Origin: an uncultured Acidobacteriota bacterium
GTDB taxonomy: Bacteria; Acidobacteriota; Thermoanaerobaculia; Multivoradales; UBA5704
Reading direction: 5' to 3'
Length of the DNA stretch: 64,000 nucleotides
Assembly: GCA_963700145.1 (NCBI GenBank)
Contig: OY969474.1
Coordinates: forward strand, 1,696,001-1,760,000
A program made the position numbers and the translations under genes. Positions 9,747 through 42,885 of this stretch are shown piece by piece; the stretch's first letter is position 1, and each line of letters begins with the position of its first letter. The notes under the pieces are model-generated. The model was given only the letters and a program-made list of their open reading frames with translations. It did not search any database and was not told the origin of the DNA.

Positions 9747-11321
9747 CTACTCCCACTCGATCGTCGCCGGGGGTTTGCTCGTCACGTCGTAGACCACGCG
9801 GTTCACCCCTTTGACCTCGTTGATGATCCGGTTGGCCACCCGGCCCAGGAGCTCGTACGGCAGGGGGCTCCAGTCGGCGGTCATGAAGTCTTGGGTGTCC
9901 ACGGCGCGGAGGGCGACGACGCTCTCGTAGGTGCGGAAGTCGCCCATCACGCCGACGCTCTTGATCGGCAGCAGCACCGCGAAAGCCTGGCTGACCTTGT
10001 CGTACCAGCCGCTCTCGCGCAGCTCTTCCAGAAAGATCGCGTCGGCCTCTTGCAGCAGGGCCACCCGCTCCGCCGTCACCTCGCCGAGGATCCGCACCGC
10101 CAGGCCCGGCCCCGGGAAGGGGTGACGGCCCAGCAGCTCCTCCGGCAGGCCCAGCTCGCGGCCGAGCTGGCGGACCTCGTCCTTGAACAGGTACCGGAGC
10201 GGCTCGACGAGCTCGAAACCCAGGCGCTCGGGGAGGCCGCCGACGTTGTGGTGGGTCTTGATGACCGCCGAGGGACCCTTCACCGACACCGACTCGATGA
10301 CGTCGGGGTAGAGCGTCCCTTGCGCCAGGAAAGCTGCCCCTTCCAGCCGCCGCGCCTCGTCCTCGAAGACCTCGATGAAGACGCGGCCGATGGCGCGCCG
10401 CTTCGCCTCCGGCTCCTCGATGCCGGCGAGGGCGGAGAGGAAGCGGGCGCCGGCGTCCACCGCACGCACCGGGACGCCCAGCCCGTCGCGCAGGCTGCGC
10501 ATTACCTGCCGCGCCTCGGCCTTGCGCAGGACACCGTTGTCGACGAAGACGGCGGTCGACTGCTCGCCCACCGCGCGCTGCAGCAGCGCCGCGACGACCG
10601 AGGAGTCGACGCCGCCGGAGAGCCCGCAGACGACGCGCCCCTCCCCCACCCGCTCGCGGATCGCCGCCACCGCTTCCTCCAGGTACGACGCCATCCGCCA
10701 GTCGCCGCGCGCGCCGCAGGCGCGGTAGAGGAAGTTGCGCAGCATCTCGCCGCCCGAGACGGTGTGCGAGACTTCAAGGTGGAACTGGATGCCGTAGAGC
10801 CGCCGCTCGGGGTCCTCGAAGGCGACGATCGGCGCGTTGTCCGACGACGCCGTGGTGTGGAAGCCGGCCGGCGGCGTGCGCACGCGGTCGCCGTGGTTCA
10901 TCCACACGGTCTCGCGCGCCGCCAGGCCGCGGAAGATGCAGCCCTCCGTGCGCGCGGCGGCCTCGACCCGCACCTCGGCGCGGCCGTACTCGCGGCGGCT
11001 GGAGCCCTCGACGCCGCCGCCCAGGTGGTGGGCCATCGCCTGCATGCCGTAGCAGATGCCGAGCGTCGGCACGCCTAGCCGGAAGAGCTCGGGGTCGGGG
11101 AGCGGAGCGCTCTCTTCGTAGACGCTCTGCGGACCGCCCGAGAGGATGAGCCCGACGGGGCGGCGCCGGCGGATCTCCTCGAGCGGCAGGTCGAACGGAT
11201 GGACCTCGGCGTAGACCCGGTTCTCGCGCACGCGGCGGGCGATGAGCTGCGTGTACTGACCGCCGAAGTCGAGCACCAGGACGGTCTGGTGCTCCGCGCC
11301 GGGGGTCGCGGGCGCGCTCAA
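9747..11321 (-). CDS. guaA: GMP synthase (glutamine-hydrolysing)
   Basis: [49 protein letters not shown]. Confidence 0.98.
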   Translation of the reverse strand: MSAPATPGAEHQTVLVLDFGGQYTQLIARRVRENRVYAEVHPFDLPLEEIRRRRPVGLILSGGPQSVYEESAPLPDPELFRLGVPTLGICYGMQAMAHHLGGGVEGSSRREYGRAEVRVEAAARTEGCIFRGLAARETVWMNHGDRVRTPPAGFHTTASSDNAPIVAFEDPERRLYGIQFHLEVSHTVSGGEMLRNFLYRACGARGDWRMASYLEEAVAAIRERVGEGRVVCGLSGGVDSSVVAALLQRAVGEQSTAVFVDNGVLRKAEARQVMRSLRDGLGVPVRAVDAGARFLSALAGIEEPEAKRRAIGRVFIEVFEDEARRLEGAAFLAQGTLYPDVIESVSVKGPSAVIKTHHNVGGLPERLGFELVEPLRYLFKDEVRQLGRELGLPEELLGRHPFPGPGLAVRILGEVTAERVALLQEADAIFLEELRESGWYDKVSQAFAVLLPIKSVGVMGDFRTYESVVALRAVDTQDFMTADWSPLPYELLGRVANRIINEVKGVNRVVYDVTSKPPATIEWE

Positions 11322-12331
11322 ATCTCGGCCTCCGACTTGGGCTCTCGCGTCATCAGCTCCTCCACCGCGCGTCGCGGGTCCTTGCCATCGTAGATGACCG
11401 CCGCCATCTGCTGGGTGATCGGCATCTCGACGCCGCGCGCCGCGGCCAGGCGCGCGATCGCCATCGCGTTGCGCACGCCCTCAGCGACGAAGGGGGTGCC
11501 GCCCTGGATCTCGGCGAGGCTGCGGCCGGCCGCCAGCTCCTCGCCGGTGCGGCGGTTGCGCGACAGGCCGCCGGTGCAGGTCAGCACCAGGTCGCCGAGA
11601 CCGGCCAGGCCGGCGAAGGTGCGCGCCTGCCCGCCGTAGGCCAAGCCTAGGCGGGTGATCTCGTGCAGGCCGCGGGTGATGAGGGCGGCGAGGCTGTTGT
11701 GCCCGAGCCCCAGCCCGGCGGCGGCGCCGGCCGCGATGGCGATGACGTTCTTGGCCGCGCCGCCGAGCTCGACGCCGGGGACGTCCGGCGAGGAGTAGAG
11801 CCGCAGGGTCGAGCCGGCGAGGGCGTCGCGCACCGTGCGCGCCAGCTCGCCGTCCTCGGCGGCGACCACCGCCGCCGTCGGCATGCCGCGCGCCAGCTCG
11901 GCGGCGAAGCTCGGCCCGGAGAGCACCGCGAAGCGGACCTCGCGGTCGGCCGCCATCCCTTCCTCGAAGGCCACCTGGCTCATCCGCGCCAGCGTGTCGG
12001 TCTCGACCCCCTTCGTCCCCGACACCAGCACCAGCGGCCGCTCGCGCGGCCAGAGGCGCAGGAAGTCGCGCAGCACGGCGCGGAAGCCGTGCGAGGGGAC
12101 GACCAGGAGGACGAGGTCGCTCTCCAGCAGGTCGCCCATCGCGGCCGTCGGCTCGACCCCCTGCGGCAGCTCGACCTCCGGCAGGTAGAGGGCGTTGGCG
12201 CGCTCCTTCCGCATCCGCTCGGCCAGCTCGGCGTGCCGCGCCCAGAGCCGCACCGGCCGGCCGCGCCGCGCCGTGTGGACGGCGAGAGCGGTCCCCCAGG
12301 CGCCGGCGCCGAGGACGCCGATCGGCTTCAC
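11318..12331 (-). CDS. gpsA: NAD(P)H-dependent glycerol-3-phosphate dehydrogenase
   Basis: [42 protein letters not shown]. Confidence 0.97.
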   Translation of the reverse strand: MKPIGVLGAGAWGTALAVHTARRGRPVRLWARHAELAERMRKERANALYLPEVELPQGVEPTAAMGDLLESDLVLLVVPSHGFRAVLRDFLRLWPRERPLVLVSGTKGVETDTLARMSQVAFEEGMAADREVRFAVLSGPSFAAELARGMPTAAVVAAEDGELARTVRDALAGSTLRLYSSPDVPGVELGGAAKNVIAIAAGAAAGLGLGHNSLAALITRGLHEITRLGLAYGGQARTFAGLAGLGDLVLTCTGGLSRNRRTGEELAAGRSLAEIQGGTPFVAEGVRNAMAIARLAAARGVEMPITQQMAAVIYDGKDPRRAVEELMTREPKSEAEI

Positions 12332-12951
12332 GCGGCGCGCCCCTCGCCCAGCCGCCGCTCCCTGCCGGCGCGCAGCCGCGCCAGGTTCGAGCGGTGCTTC
12401 CAGACGATCAGCGCCGCGATGGCGGCGCCGGCGGCGAGGACCCAGCCGTCCGCTTCGAGCCAGCCGGCGGCGCGGCCGAGCGCCAGCGCGACCGGGAACG
12501 CCACCGCCGCGGCCACCGAGCCGAGCGAGACGTAGCGGCTCCAGGCGACGACGACCGCGAAGAGGAGGAGGACCGCGACCATCGCCAGCGGCGCCAGCGC
12601 CCCCATCGCGCCGGCTGCCGTCGCCACCCCCTTGCCGCCGCGGAAGCCGAGGAAGACCGGGAAGACGTGCCCGACGACGACGGCGACGGCGCAGAGGCCG
12701 ACGACGAGGGGCGGGGCCGCGAGCGCGCGCGCGGCGGCGACCGCCGCCACCCCTTTGGCGACGTCGAGGAGCAGCGCGGTGATCCCGGGGAGCTTGCCGG
12801 CGGTGCGCAGGACGTTGGTGGCGCCGGCGTTGCCGCTGCCGACCGCGCGCACGTCCCGCCCCTGGAGCGCGCGCACGATCAGGTAGCTGAACGAGATCGA
12901 GCCGAGGAGGTAGGTGCCGGCGACCAGCGCGACGGCCGCGAGCGGCCTCAC
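12328..12951 (-). CDS. plsY: Glycerol-3-phosphate acyltransferase PlsY
   Basis: YLLGSI, GSGNAGATN, GHVFPVFLGFRGGKGVAT, KHRSNLARL; GTG at 12951 in a GTGA overlap. Confidence 0.96.
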   Translation of the reverse strand: MRPLAAVALVAGTYLLGSISFSYLIVRALQGRDVRAVGSGNAGATNVLRTAGKLPGITALLLDVAKGVAAVAAARALAAPPLVVGLCAVAVVVGHVFPVFLGFRGGKGVATAAGAMGALAPLAMVAVLLLFAVVVAWSRYVSLGSVAAAVAFPVALALGRAAGWLEADGWVLAAGAAIAALIVWKHRSNLARLRAGRERRLGEGRAA

Positions 12952-13526
12952 GCGGCGCCTCCGAGCGGCAGCTCGGCCACCGGCGTGTAGCGCGCGCCCT
13001 TGGGCGAAAGCTGGCTCTGGAAGAGCGTGCCGTGAGCAGCCGTCCACGGCTCCCCCACCGGCCCGGCGAAGGCGGCGGCGAAGCGCTCGGCGGCCGGCCG
13101 CGGCCAGGGCTCGCGGCAGCGGGCGAGGGTGACGTGCGGATGAAAAGGGCGGCTCTCCGGCTCGTGGAATTGATCAGAGCCGGGGGCCTCGACGCAAGCC
13201 GCGACGACGTCGCGCTGCACGGCGGCGAGCTCCGGCCCGGCCTCGACGCCGACCCAGGCGACGCGCGCCGCCCGGCCCGGCGGGAAGGTGCCGCCGCCGG
13301 CCAGGCCGAGTGGGAAGGGCGCGTGCGGCGCGAAGGCGGCGGCGAGGCGCTCGGTGAGCGCCGGCACGCGCTCCTCGGGGACCTCGCCCAGGAAGACGAG
13401 CGTCAGGTGGGCGCCCGCGAGGTCCACCCAGCGGGCGGGCGGCAGCGCGGCGCGTACCGCCTCCGCCCGGCGCCGGGCCTCCTGCCGGGCCGCGTCGGAG
13501 AGGTCGAAGGCCACGAAGAGCCTCAA
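12948..13526 (-). CDS. thpR: RNA 2',3'-cyclic phosphodiesterase (2H family)
   Basis: MRLFVA and two HxT motifs (HLTL, HVTL). Confidence 0.93.
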   Translation of the reverse strand: MRLFVAFDLSDAARQEARRRAEAVRAALPPARWVDLAGAHLTLVFLGEVPEERVPALTERLAAAFAPHAPFPLGLAGGGTFPPGRAARVAWVGVEAGPELAAVQRDVVAACVEAPGSDQFHEPESRPFHPHVTLARCREPWPRPAAERFAAAFAGPVGEPWTAAHGTLFQSQLSPKGARYTPVAELPLGGAA

Positions 13527-13540
13527 GCCGACGACCCGGT

Positions 13541-13658
13541 CCCCTGCCCCCAGATCCTTCGCTGCGCTGCGCTTCGCTCAGGATGACGTCGTTGGGTCGT
13601 GCGCGAAGATGGACCCACCATCGTCATCCTGAGCGTAGCGAAGGATCTGGGCGGGGGG
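13541..13658. repeat. REP doublet (CGTC ends facing inward)
   Basis: CCCCTGCCCCCAGATCCTTCGC...CAGGATGACG (13541-13588) inverted against CGTCATCCTGAGCGTAGCGAAGGATCTGGGCGGGGGG (13622-13658); supplies the cinA stop codon. Confidence 0.85.
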
Positions 13659-14961
13659 CGTGACGGGGCTCGTGCGTCGCGCCGCCCGCGGCAACGAGCG
13701 TCTCAGCGTCCGCGAGCAGCCGCCGGCGCAGCAGCTCCAGCGCGAGCTGGCTGGCCTGCCAGCGCACGCGCTCGCGGTCGCCGGGGAAGCGGACGCGGCG
13801 GTGACCGGGCGGGCCGTCAGGGCCGGCGATCGCCAAGTGCACGGTGCCGACCGGCTTCTCCTCGCTGCCGCCCCCCGGGCCAGCGACGCCGGTGACGCCG
13901 ATCCCGTAGTCGGCGCCGAGCCGCCCCCGCGCTCCTTCGGCCAGCGCCACCGCCACCGGCTCGGAGACCGCGCCGTGCGCGCGCAGCAGCTCGGCCGGCA
14001 CGCCGGCCAGCTCAGTCTTGAGGCGGTTGGTGTAAGCGACGACGCCCCCGACGAAGTAGTCGCTGCTGCCCGCGACCGCGGTCACCCGCTGCGCGACGAG
14101 CCCGCCGGTGCACGACTCGGCGACCGCCAGCGTGCGGCCGGCGCGGCGGAGGAGCTCCCCCACCACCCCTTCGAGCGTCTCCTCCTCGCCGCGCGCGAAG
14201 ACCGCATCGCCGGCCAGCTCGGCCAGCCGCTCCTGCATCGCCGCGAGCCGCGCGCGCCGCTCCGCCGGCGGGCCGGCGGCGGTCGCCAGCAGCCGGATCT
14301 CGCCGGGCTTGGCCAGGATGGTGATCGCCTCGCGCCCGAACTCGGCGTAGGCGGGGGCGATCCGCTCCTCGACCGCCGACTCCGGCAGGCACGCCACCTT
14401 GAGCACCGCCGTCTCCCTCCCGGCGCCGCCGGCGCGCGCCGCGAGCCACGGCTCGAGGTCGGCGGCAACCATCGCCTCCAGCTCGAACGGGACGCCGGGG
14501 AGGAGGAAAATCGTCGTCCCCTCGGCCTTCAGGCGCATGCCCGGCGCCGTACCGCGCGCGTTGGCGATCAGCTCCGCTCCCTCGATGACCTCCGCCTGCC
14601 GCTTGTTGACCTCCGGCATGCGCAGGCCGTGGTCGCAGAAGCGGGCGTCGATCCGCCGCAGCACGTCCGCGTCGAACGCCAGGCGGCGGCCGAGGGCAGC
14701 GGCGACCGCCTCGCGCGTGACGTCGTCGGCGGTGGGGCCGAGCCCGCCGGTCACGATGACCAGCTCGACCCGGCCGAGGAGGGCGCGCAGCTCGCGCCCG
14801 ATCTCCTCCTCGCTGTCGCCCACCACCGCCTTGCGCCGCAGCTCGAAGCCGTGGGCCTCGAAGGCGGCGGTCAGGCGCAGGGAGTTGGTGTCGAGCTGCT
14901 CCGTCCCCAGCAGCTCCGAGCCCACGGCCAGGACCGCCGCCGAGCGCGGGAGGGGGGGCAT
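13624..14961 (-). CDS. cinA: Competence/damage-inducible protein CinA (MoeA-like domain plus NMN deamidase)
   Basis: AVGSELL, TGGLGPTADD, LPGVPFE, AESCTGG, GVAGPGGG..KPVG; ATG at 14961. Confidence 0.95.
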   Translation of the reverse strand: MPPLPRSAAVLAVGSELLGTEQLDTNSLRLTAAFEAHGFELRRKAVVGDSEEEIGRELRALLGRVELVIVTGGLGPTADDVTREAVAAALGRRLAFDADVLRRIDARFCDHGLRMPEVNKRQAEVIEGAELIANARGTAPGMRLKAEGTTIFLLPGVPFELEAMVAADLEPWLAARAGGAGRETAVLKVACLPESAVEERIAPAYAEFGREAITILAKPGEIRLLATAAGPPAERRARLAAMQERLAELAGDAVFARGEEETLEGVVGELLRRAGRTLAVAESCTGGLVAQRVTAVAGSSDYFVGGVVAYTNRLKTELAGVPAELLRAHGAVSEPVAVALAEGARGRLGADYGIGVTGVAGPGGGSEEKPVGTVHLAIAGPDGPPGHRRVRFPGDRERVRWQASQLALELLRRRLLADAETLVAAGGATHEPRHAPRPDPSLRSG

Positions 14962-15027
14962 GCCGGGATGATAGCGCGCGCTCCGAGACGACCGGCAAAC
15001 CGTGGCGCCGTAGTAGGATGTGCCGGA

Positions 15028-15834
15028 ATGCGCCGGTCGTTCGCCGCCCTCCTCCTCTTCTCCTGTGCAGCGCTCTTCGCGGTGGAGAGCTCTGGTCAGG
15101 AGATGGCTCGCGGCGAGGTCGAGCTGACCGCCCTCGCCGAGGTCCGCGAGGGCCGGATCGCCGCCGGGACGAGGCGGGAGAACGGCGGCACCGAGCTGGT
15201 CCTCTTCGCGGAGGAATCCGGCCGGATCTCCTCCCTGCCGGCCCCCGGCGGCCGCACCGGCAGGGCCCGCCACGACCCGCGGCTCCTCGTCGCGAATGGC
15301 GAGCTGGCCGCCCTCGCCTGGCTGGAGGGGCGCGACCTGCGCTCGCTCGCGGTCCGCTTCGCGCGCTGGGACGGCGAGGGCTGGGAGGCGCCGCGCACCG
15401 TCGCCGCGCCGGGGCCGGGTAGCCAGATGGCCCTCGCCGGCACGCGGCTCGCGGACGGCTCATGGCTGCTGGCCTGGAGCCGCTACGACGGCGGCGACGA
15501 CGAGGTCGTCTGGAGCCGCTCGGCGGGTCCCGACGGCGCCTCGTGGAGCGCGCCGCGGCGGATTGCCGCCGACAACGCGGTGCCCGACATCACCCCGGCC
15601 CTCTCCGCCGCCCCGGGCGGGGCGGTGGCCGCCTGGAGCCGCTACGACGGCGAGGACTACCGCGTGGTGACCGCCCGCTTCGACGGCCGCCGCTGGTCGG
15701 CGCCGCGCGTCGTCGGCCCGGCGGGGTCGCTGGAGCCGCGCTGGGAGCGGTCGGCGTCCGACGAGCCGGCGCTCGTCGTCCGCACCGTCCTGCCGCGCGG
15801 CCGGCTGACCATCCCCTGGCAGAGGGTGCGGTGA
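15028..15834 (+). CDS. Exported hypothetical protein with repeated WSR..G / WS.P beta-blade-like motifs
   Basis: Signal peptide MRRSFAALLLFSCAALFA; AWSRYDG occurs twice; GTGA coupling to the next gene. Confidence 0.65.
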   Translation: MRRSFAALLLFSCAALFAVESSGQEMARGEVELTALAEVREGRIAAGTRRENGGTELVLFAEESGRISSLPAPGGRTGRARHDPRLLVANGELAALAWLEGRDLRSLAVRFARWDGEGWEAPRTVAAPGPGSQMALAGTRLADGSWLLAWSRYDGGDDEVVWSRSAGPDGASWSAPRRIAADNAVPDITPALSAAPGGAVAAWSRYDGEDYRVVTARFDGRRWSAPRVVGPAGSLEPRWERSASDEPALVVRTVLPRGRLTIPWQRVR

Positions 15835-16966
15835 GGCGCGCCGCGGCCAGCCTGCTGCTCGCCGGCGCCGCCCTCCTCCCCGCCGGCGCCGCCGCCCAGA
15901 CGACCTACGTCGCCTTCGGCGACAGCATCACCTTCGGCATCGGCGACGACCCGGCGCGCAGCGAGAAGGGCTACCCGCCGCGCCTCGAGGCCCTGCTCCA
16001 GGCGCGCGGCCAAGCGGCCGACGTGCGCAACGAAGGGCTCCCCGGCGAGGGCACGACCGAGGGCGTGACGCGCATCACCAACGTCCTCCAGCCCGGCGAC
16101 GACGTCCTGCTGCTGATGGAAGGGACCAACGACGTCAACCAGCTCTCGGTCGAGACGATCCAGTTCAACCTGCGGGAGATCGCGCGCAAGGCGGCCAACC
16201 GGGGCGTCTCGACCGTCCACGCCACGATCCCGCCGCGCCTGCCGTCGGCGACCAACGACGGCGAGAACCACATCGCCGGCCAGATCGCGGGCGCGGTGCG
16301 CGAGCTGGCCTTCCAGGAAGAGCGCCGGCTCGCCGACCCTTTCGAGGTCTTCCTCCGCCTCACCCCGGACTTCACGCCCCTCATCGTCGGCGGCGACGAC
16401 AAGGTCCACCCCAACGCGGCGGGCTACGACCTCCTGGCCGAGGTCTTCGCCGACGTGCTGACCGGCGTCGACGAGGTGCCGCCGGTCCTCGGCGTCGTCT
16501 CGCCGGCCAACGACGCGCAGGGGGTCTCCCCCACCGCGCCGCTGCGCCTCGACCTCTACGACTTCGGCACCGGCATCGACCTCGCGGCGACCCGGCTGGT
16601 GATCGAGGGAGTGGAGGTGGAGACGCCGCTCACCGGCAGCGAGCGGAAGCTCGAGATCCGCTACGAGCCGCCGCAGCCCTGGAGCGGCGTCATCCAGGTG
16701 CGGCTGCGGTCGCGCGACCGCGCCACTCCGCCCAACACGCTCGACCGCGAGGTGACGCAGTTCGTGGTCGCCGGCACGACCTTCCTGGCCGGCGACATCG
16801 ACCGCGACGGCCGCGTGGACGGCGCCGACCTCCTCGCCTTCGCCCCCTACTTCGGCTCCCAGCGCGGCGACGGCCGCTACCGCGGCTTCGCCGACCTGAA
16901 CACCGACGACCGGGTCGACGGCGTGGACCTGGCGTTGCTGGCCGCCAACTTCGGGCGCAGCTCGGC

Positions 16967-16970
<4 letters not shown>
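15831..16970 (+). CDS. Exported SGNH/GDSL hydrolase with Ig-like and dockerin-like domains
   Basis: FGDSIT, EGTND, DKVHPNAAGY; C-terminal GDIDRDGRVDGADL and ADLNTDDRVDGVDL Ca-binding pair. Confidence 0.88.
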
Positions 16971-18259
<1,289 letters not shown>

Positions 18260-18300
18260 GAGGGCGGGCGCGGGGCCGGCCGCGGGCGCGGCGGCGCGGC

Positions 18301-19041
18301 TCAGGTGCCGACGGTGAACGTCGTGTTGTCGGTGCCCACCTTCTGCTGCGCCAGCTGGCGGTAGGGCGAGCGCGGGTACTCGTCGAGGATGCGCTGGTAG
18401 GACTGCGTCGCTTCCTGCGTGCGGCCGAGCTGCTCGAGGGTCACCGCCAGCTCGTAGAGGACGACGTCCTGCGGCAGCGGCGGCTCGGGGTCTTCGAGCA
18501 GCGCCCGCAGCGCGGTCACCACCTCGTTCCCCTTCCCCTGGCTGCGGTCGAGGGCGATGAGGTTGAGCCGGGTCTCGCCGGCCAGGACGTGCCCGTCGTG
18601 ATCGTCGAGGAAGTCCTCCCAGAGCTTCCGCGCCTCGTCGAGCTTGCCCTCGGCGACGGCGATGTCGGCCAAGTAGAGCCCGGCCACGTCGGCGGCGTCG
18701 CTCCAAGGGTGGTCGTCGCGCACCGTCTCGAAGGCCGCCTTGGCGCGCGTCCGGCGCGCCGCCTCGGTGCCGAAGCTCGGAGCCTCGGGATCGTCCGGTT
18801 TGGGCGCCGCGGGATCGATCGGCGCCGCCGCGAGCTCCATCGCCTCGGCCAGCGCCGTGTTGGCCGCCTCGGAGCGCTGCCCCAGCCACACCCACACCCC
18901 GAGCCCCACCAGCGCCGCCGCCACCAGCGCGCCGACCCCCATGAGCAGGCCGCGCGAGTGGTGCTCGGCGTAATCGACGGTCGACTTGACCGCCGTCGCC
19001 AGCTCGTTCTTCTTCATCTCTTTGCGCGTCAGATGGCTCAT
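18301..19041 (-). CDS. Membrane-anchored TPR protein (YfgM-like)
   Basis: HLTRKEMKKNE N-terminus, a single TM helix, TPR helices ending YQRILDEYPRSPY. Confidence 0.8.
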   Translation of the reverse strand: MSHLTRKEMKKNELATAVKSTVDYAEHHSRGLLMGVGALVAAALVGLGVWVWLGQRSEAANTALAEAMELAAAPIDPAAPKPDDPEAPSFGTEAARRTRAKAAFETVRDDHPWSDAADVAGLYLADIAVAEGKLDEARKLWEDFLDDHDGHVLAGETRLNLIALDRSQGKGNEVVTALRALLEDPEPPLPQDVVLYELAVTLEQLGRTQEATQSYQRILDEYPRSPYRQLAQQKVGTDNTTFTVGT

Positions 19042-19159
19042 GCTGAATGTGCTCCGCGTCGTCGTTTTTGCGAGGGGGTGATCGCCGGCACCGGTGAGGG
19101 CAGTCGGAGGGGCGCCGGTACCAGTAACGGTAGCATCGGAGTGTGGCCGATGACAATGC

Positions 19160-19183
19160 TGGGGCGGCTGGCTGGGGTCGAGC
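19160..19183 (-). repeat. Degenerate copy of the tRNA-Arg 3' end (candidate island att site)
   Basis: TGGGGCGGCTGGCTGGGGTCGAGC vs TGGTGCGGCTGGGAGGACTCGAAC at 50389-50412 (11/12, then 18/24 overall), same orientation. Confidence 0.5.
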
Positions 19184-19198
19184 TATGCTCAGGCACAG

Positions 19199-20944
19199 AT
19201 GGAAGCGCTGGTGATCACAGACGTGGAAGCAGCCCGCCGCGTGCTCCAGGTGAGGGGGCGCTACCACTACTATCTCGGCGCCGGGACATCCGCCGAGGCC
19301 GGCGTCCCGACCGCGCGCGAGATCTGCGACGAGATCAGAAGCGATTTGCTAGAGAAGGAGCTGCCGCTGCCGCGCACTGCAGAAGCTGTCGCAGTCTGGG
19401 AAAACGCGCGACTGCGGTGGGGCGATGCAGGACTTCGCTATTGCACTTGCATCTGCGCCAGCTATCCAAACCGGCCATCGCGAGTCGATTACTTCCGTAG
19501 CAAGGCCCAGAAGGTTGGCCCATCCTTCTGCCACCATGCCATTGCGCTCCTCATGACGCGCGGCGATATCCGATCGACGTGCTTGACCACGAATTTCGAC
19601 AAGCTCATCGAGAGCGCTTTCCTGAATCAAGGCGATCTCGAGTGCCAGGCGATCCGTACCGATGCAGAGCTCGAGTACTGGCAGTCTGCACCCAACAGGC
19701 CCTACGTGCTCAAGCTGCACGGCGACTACGACACGGGGAACGTCTTCAACACCGCTGACGAGACGATCGCTATCAGCGAAGCCATGACGGTCACCGTCAA
19801 GCGCCTACTACAGGCATCCGGCCTTCTCGTGCTGGGAACGGCGGGATACGAGAAGAGCATCCATACGCTGTTCGATCAGCTTGCGCGTGCCCATGACAAG
19901 GAGAACGTGCTCGCTTTCGGCCTCCTCTGGGGTGTGCACATGGGAGGGCCGAAGCCAAGCGAGAAACTCACCGTCCACCAGATTGCCGGGCAAGTACACG
20001 ACCGAATCGCGAGTGGAACCATCGGGCCGGATATCTTGAGCATGATGAAGCGGATGGCGCCGCGCAACGAATCGTTCGCTTTTTTCCCAGTCTGGGGGGC
20101 TGGAAACTTCCTCTTCGACCTCACACGGCAACTACGGGAGACGGACAAGTACTTGGCCGGGAGAGCAGAACTCTTCCTCGACCACGAGCAGCGGCTCCGA
20201 CACGTCTTCAGCCGCGCCGGCCTTTCTGACTCGGTCGTCGCCAAGCACCTCGAGTCGCTCAGGCGCCGGCGAAACGCGCCGCGATCGGCGAACGAGCGCT
20301 CCGGCGCCTGGGAAACGGTGCTGCGGGCGGCGAGCACATTGCTTCCCCTGGATGTCCGCTTCGTCTACGGCGACATCACCAGCCGCTCCCGGATGTCCGA
20401 AGTCGAGTTCCATGATCGGTACCGGGCCGTCGTTAGCCCGGAGGACACCTTGCTCAGCGCGGGCGGTGGTGTAGCCCTCACCTTGCTCGAGAAAGCGGGA
20501 CGCCACGGGATCCTTAACGAGCTCGCCAAGTTCTCTCCCATTCCCCAGACACAGGTCGCCGTGACCTCGGGCGGCCGCCTACCAGTGCACTATATTTTCC
20601 ACGCAGCCTCAGTCGCGGTGGAAAAGGACGGGGCCTATGACGCCTCGCAGGAGGCTGTCACCGCTACCATGGAGGCGGTCTTGCAAAGGACGGCGGCGCT
20701 CGACGTCGGCGTGCTCTTAGTCCCGCTGCTCGCGGCGGGTGTCGCGTCCCTCGACGGCCGGCACTCATTCGAGGCCATCCTGCGGGCCATCGCCGGCTGG
20801 TCCGCGACAACGCGGCCGTTGACGGTCGTGATCGTCTGCCGCCGCGAAGCCCAGCTTCCCCGCGGCATCGCCGAGGAAGTGCTCAGGCGACAGCTCGAGC
20901 CGAGCTTCGCATGCGAGCAAGTGGATTCCGGCGGCGACAATTAG
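19199..20944 (+). CDS. SIR2-like NADase domain fused to a C-terminal Macro domain
   Basis: YLGAGTS..AGVPT, TTNFD, LKLHGD (SIR2_2 type); YGDIT, SAGGGVA, VTSGGRLPVHYIFHA, PLLAAG (Macro); codon usage less GC-biased than the flanks. Confidence 0.85.
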   Translation: MEALVITDVEAARRVLQVRGRYHYYLGAGTSAEAGVPTAREICDEIRSDLLEKELPLPRTAEAVAVWENARLRWGDAGLRYCTCICASYPNRPSRVDYFRSKAQKVGPSFCHHAIALLMTRGDIRSTCLTTNFDKLIESAFLNQGDLECQAIRTDAELEYWQSAPNRPYVLKLHGDYDTGNVFNTADETIAISEAMTVTVKRLLQASGLLVLGTAGYEKSIHTLFDQLARAHDKENVLAFGLLWGVHMGGPKPSEKLTVHQIAGQVHDRIASGTIGPDILSMMKRMAPRNESFAFFPVWGAGNFLFDLTRQLRETDKYLAGRAELFLDHEQRLRHVFSRAGLSDSVVAKHLESLRRRRNAPRSANERSGAWETVLRAASTLLPLDVRFVYGDITSRSRMSEVEFHDRYRAVVSPEDTLLSAGGGVALTLLEKAGRHGILNELAKFSPIPQTQVAVTSGGRLPVHYIFHAASVAVEKDGAYDASQEAVTATMEAVLQRTAALDVGVLLVPLLAAGVASLDGRHSFEAILRAIAGWSATTRPLTVVIVCRREAQLPRGIAEEVLRRQLEPSFACEQVDSGGDN

Positions 20945-20990
20945 GCTTGCCGGGGCATACTGGTCTTCCGGGGGGCTCCGAGGAGGCCGG

Positions 20991-21921
20991 TTACAACGCC
21001 TTTGCCTTCATCGTCATGCGGTCGGTGCGCACTCGGTCGGCGGCGGCGATCGTGCGGGACCACTCGACCGCGCGCGGCCAACCCGTCTTGGTGTCCATCG
21101 TGTAGGTGGCCCGGTCGCGGATGTCGAGGGTCGGCATCTCCGCGTCCGTGGGCCCGCCATCGGGCATCAGGCGGCGGAGGATGGCGGCGATCGCCGCGCT
21201 CGCCTTCTCCCGGTCGATCTCCTGCTGCCAGGCGATGACGGCCTCGTCGCGCTCGGGCCGGTGCTCCTGCAGCAGGAAGCTCCCCTTGCTCGGGAAGGGG
21301 TCGCCGCCGAACGGGTTGGGAAGGGCGTCAGCGTACTCGACCGTCTCGCCCACCGCCAGCGCGGCGCCGCAGACGAAGTAGAAGACTTGCGCCGAGCGCA
21401 GCAGCAGGCTCTCGACGACCTCGGGCTTGGTCATCATCGCGACTACCTCGGACACCGCCGGCGCCGGCGGCTCGCCCTGCTTCCCCTTGAACAGCTCGTC
21501 GAGCACCCGCTTGAAGACGGCGACGGCCTCGTCGCGGTTCAGCAGCCGCTGCGGCACGCCCGTCTCGTCGGTCTGCATGACCAGGCTCAGGTCGCCGGCG
21601 ACCTCCTGCAGGCGCTCCGTCGAGACCGGCAGCCGGCCCTGCGCGACCTCGTCGAGCCAGCCGGCGCTGTAGGTCCAGACGAAGACGTAGCCCTGCCGGT
21701 TCCGCGCCTTCACCCTCGCCTCCAGGATGCTGCGGCTGGTTCCCGCCGGCGTCTCCTTGCCGCCGGCGGCGTCGATGCGCTCCTTGACGACCTCGAGGCG
21801 CAGCGTCTCGCCGACCTTCCAGTCGGTCGGCAGCTCGACGACCGCCGGCTCGGGCTCGGGTTGGGCGGCCGCGGCGGCGGAAGACAGCAGGAGAAAGAGC
21901 GCCCAGCGGGCGGTCGCAGGC

Positions 21922-21935
<14 letters not shown>
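20991..21935 (-). CDS. Exported hypothetical protein
   Basis: ATG at 21935 overlaps the stop of the giant gene; signal peptide [15 protein letters not shown]; host-like codon usage. Confidence 0.7.
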
Positions 21936-42873
<20,938 letters not shown>

Positions 42874-42885
42874 TCTCTCTGAGCC

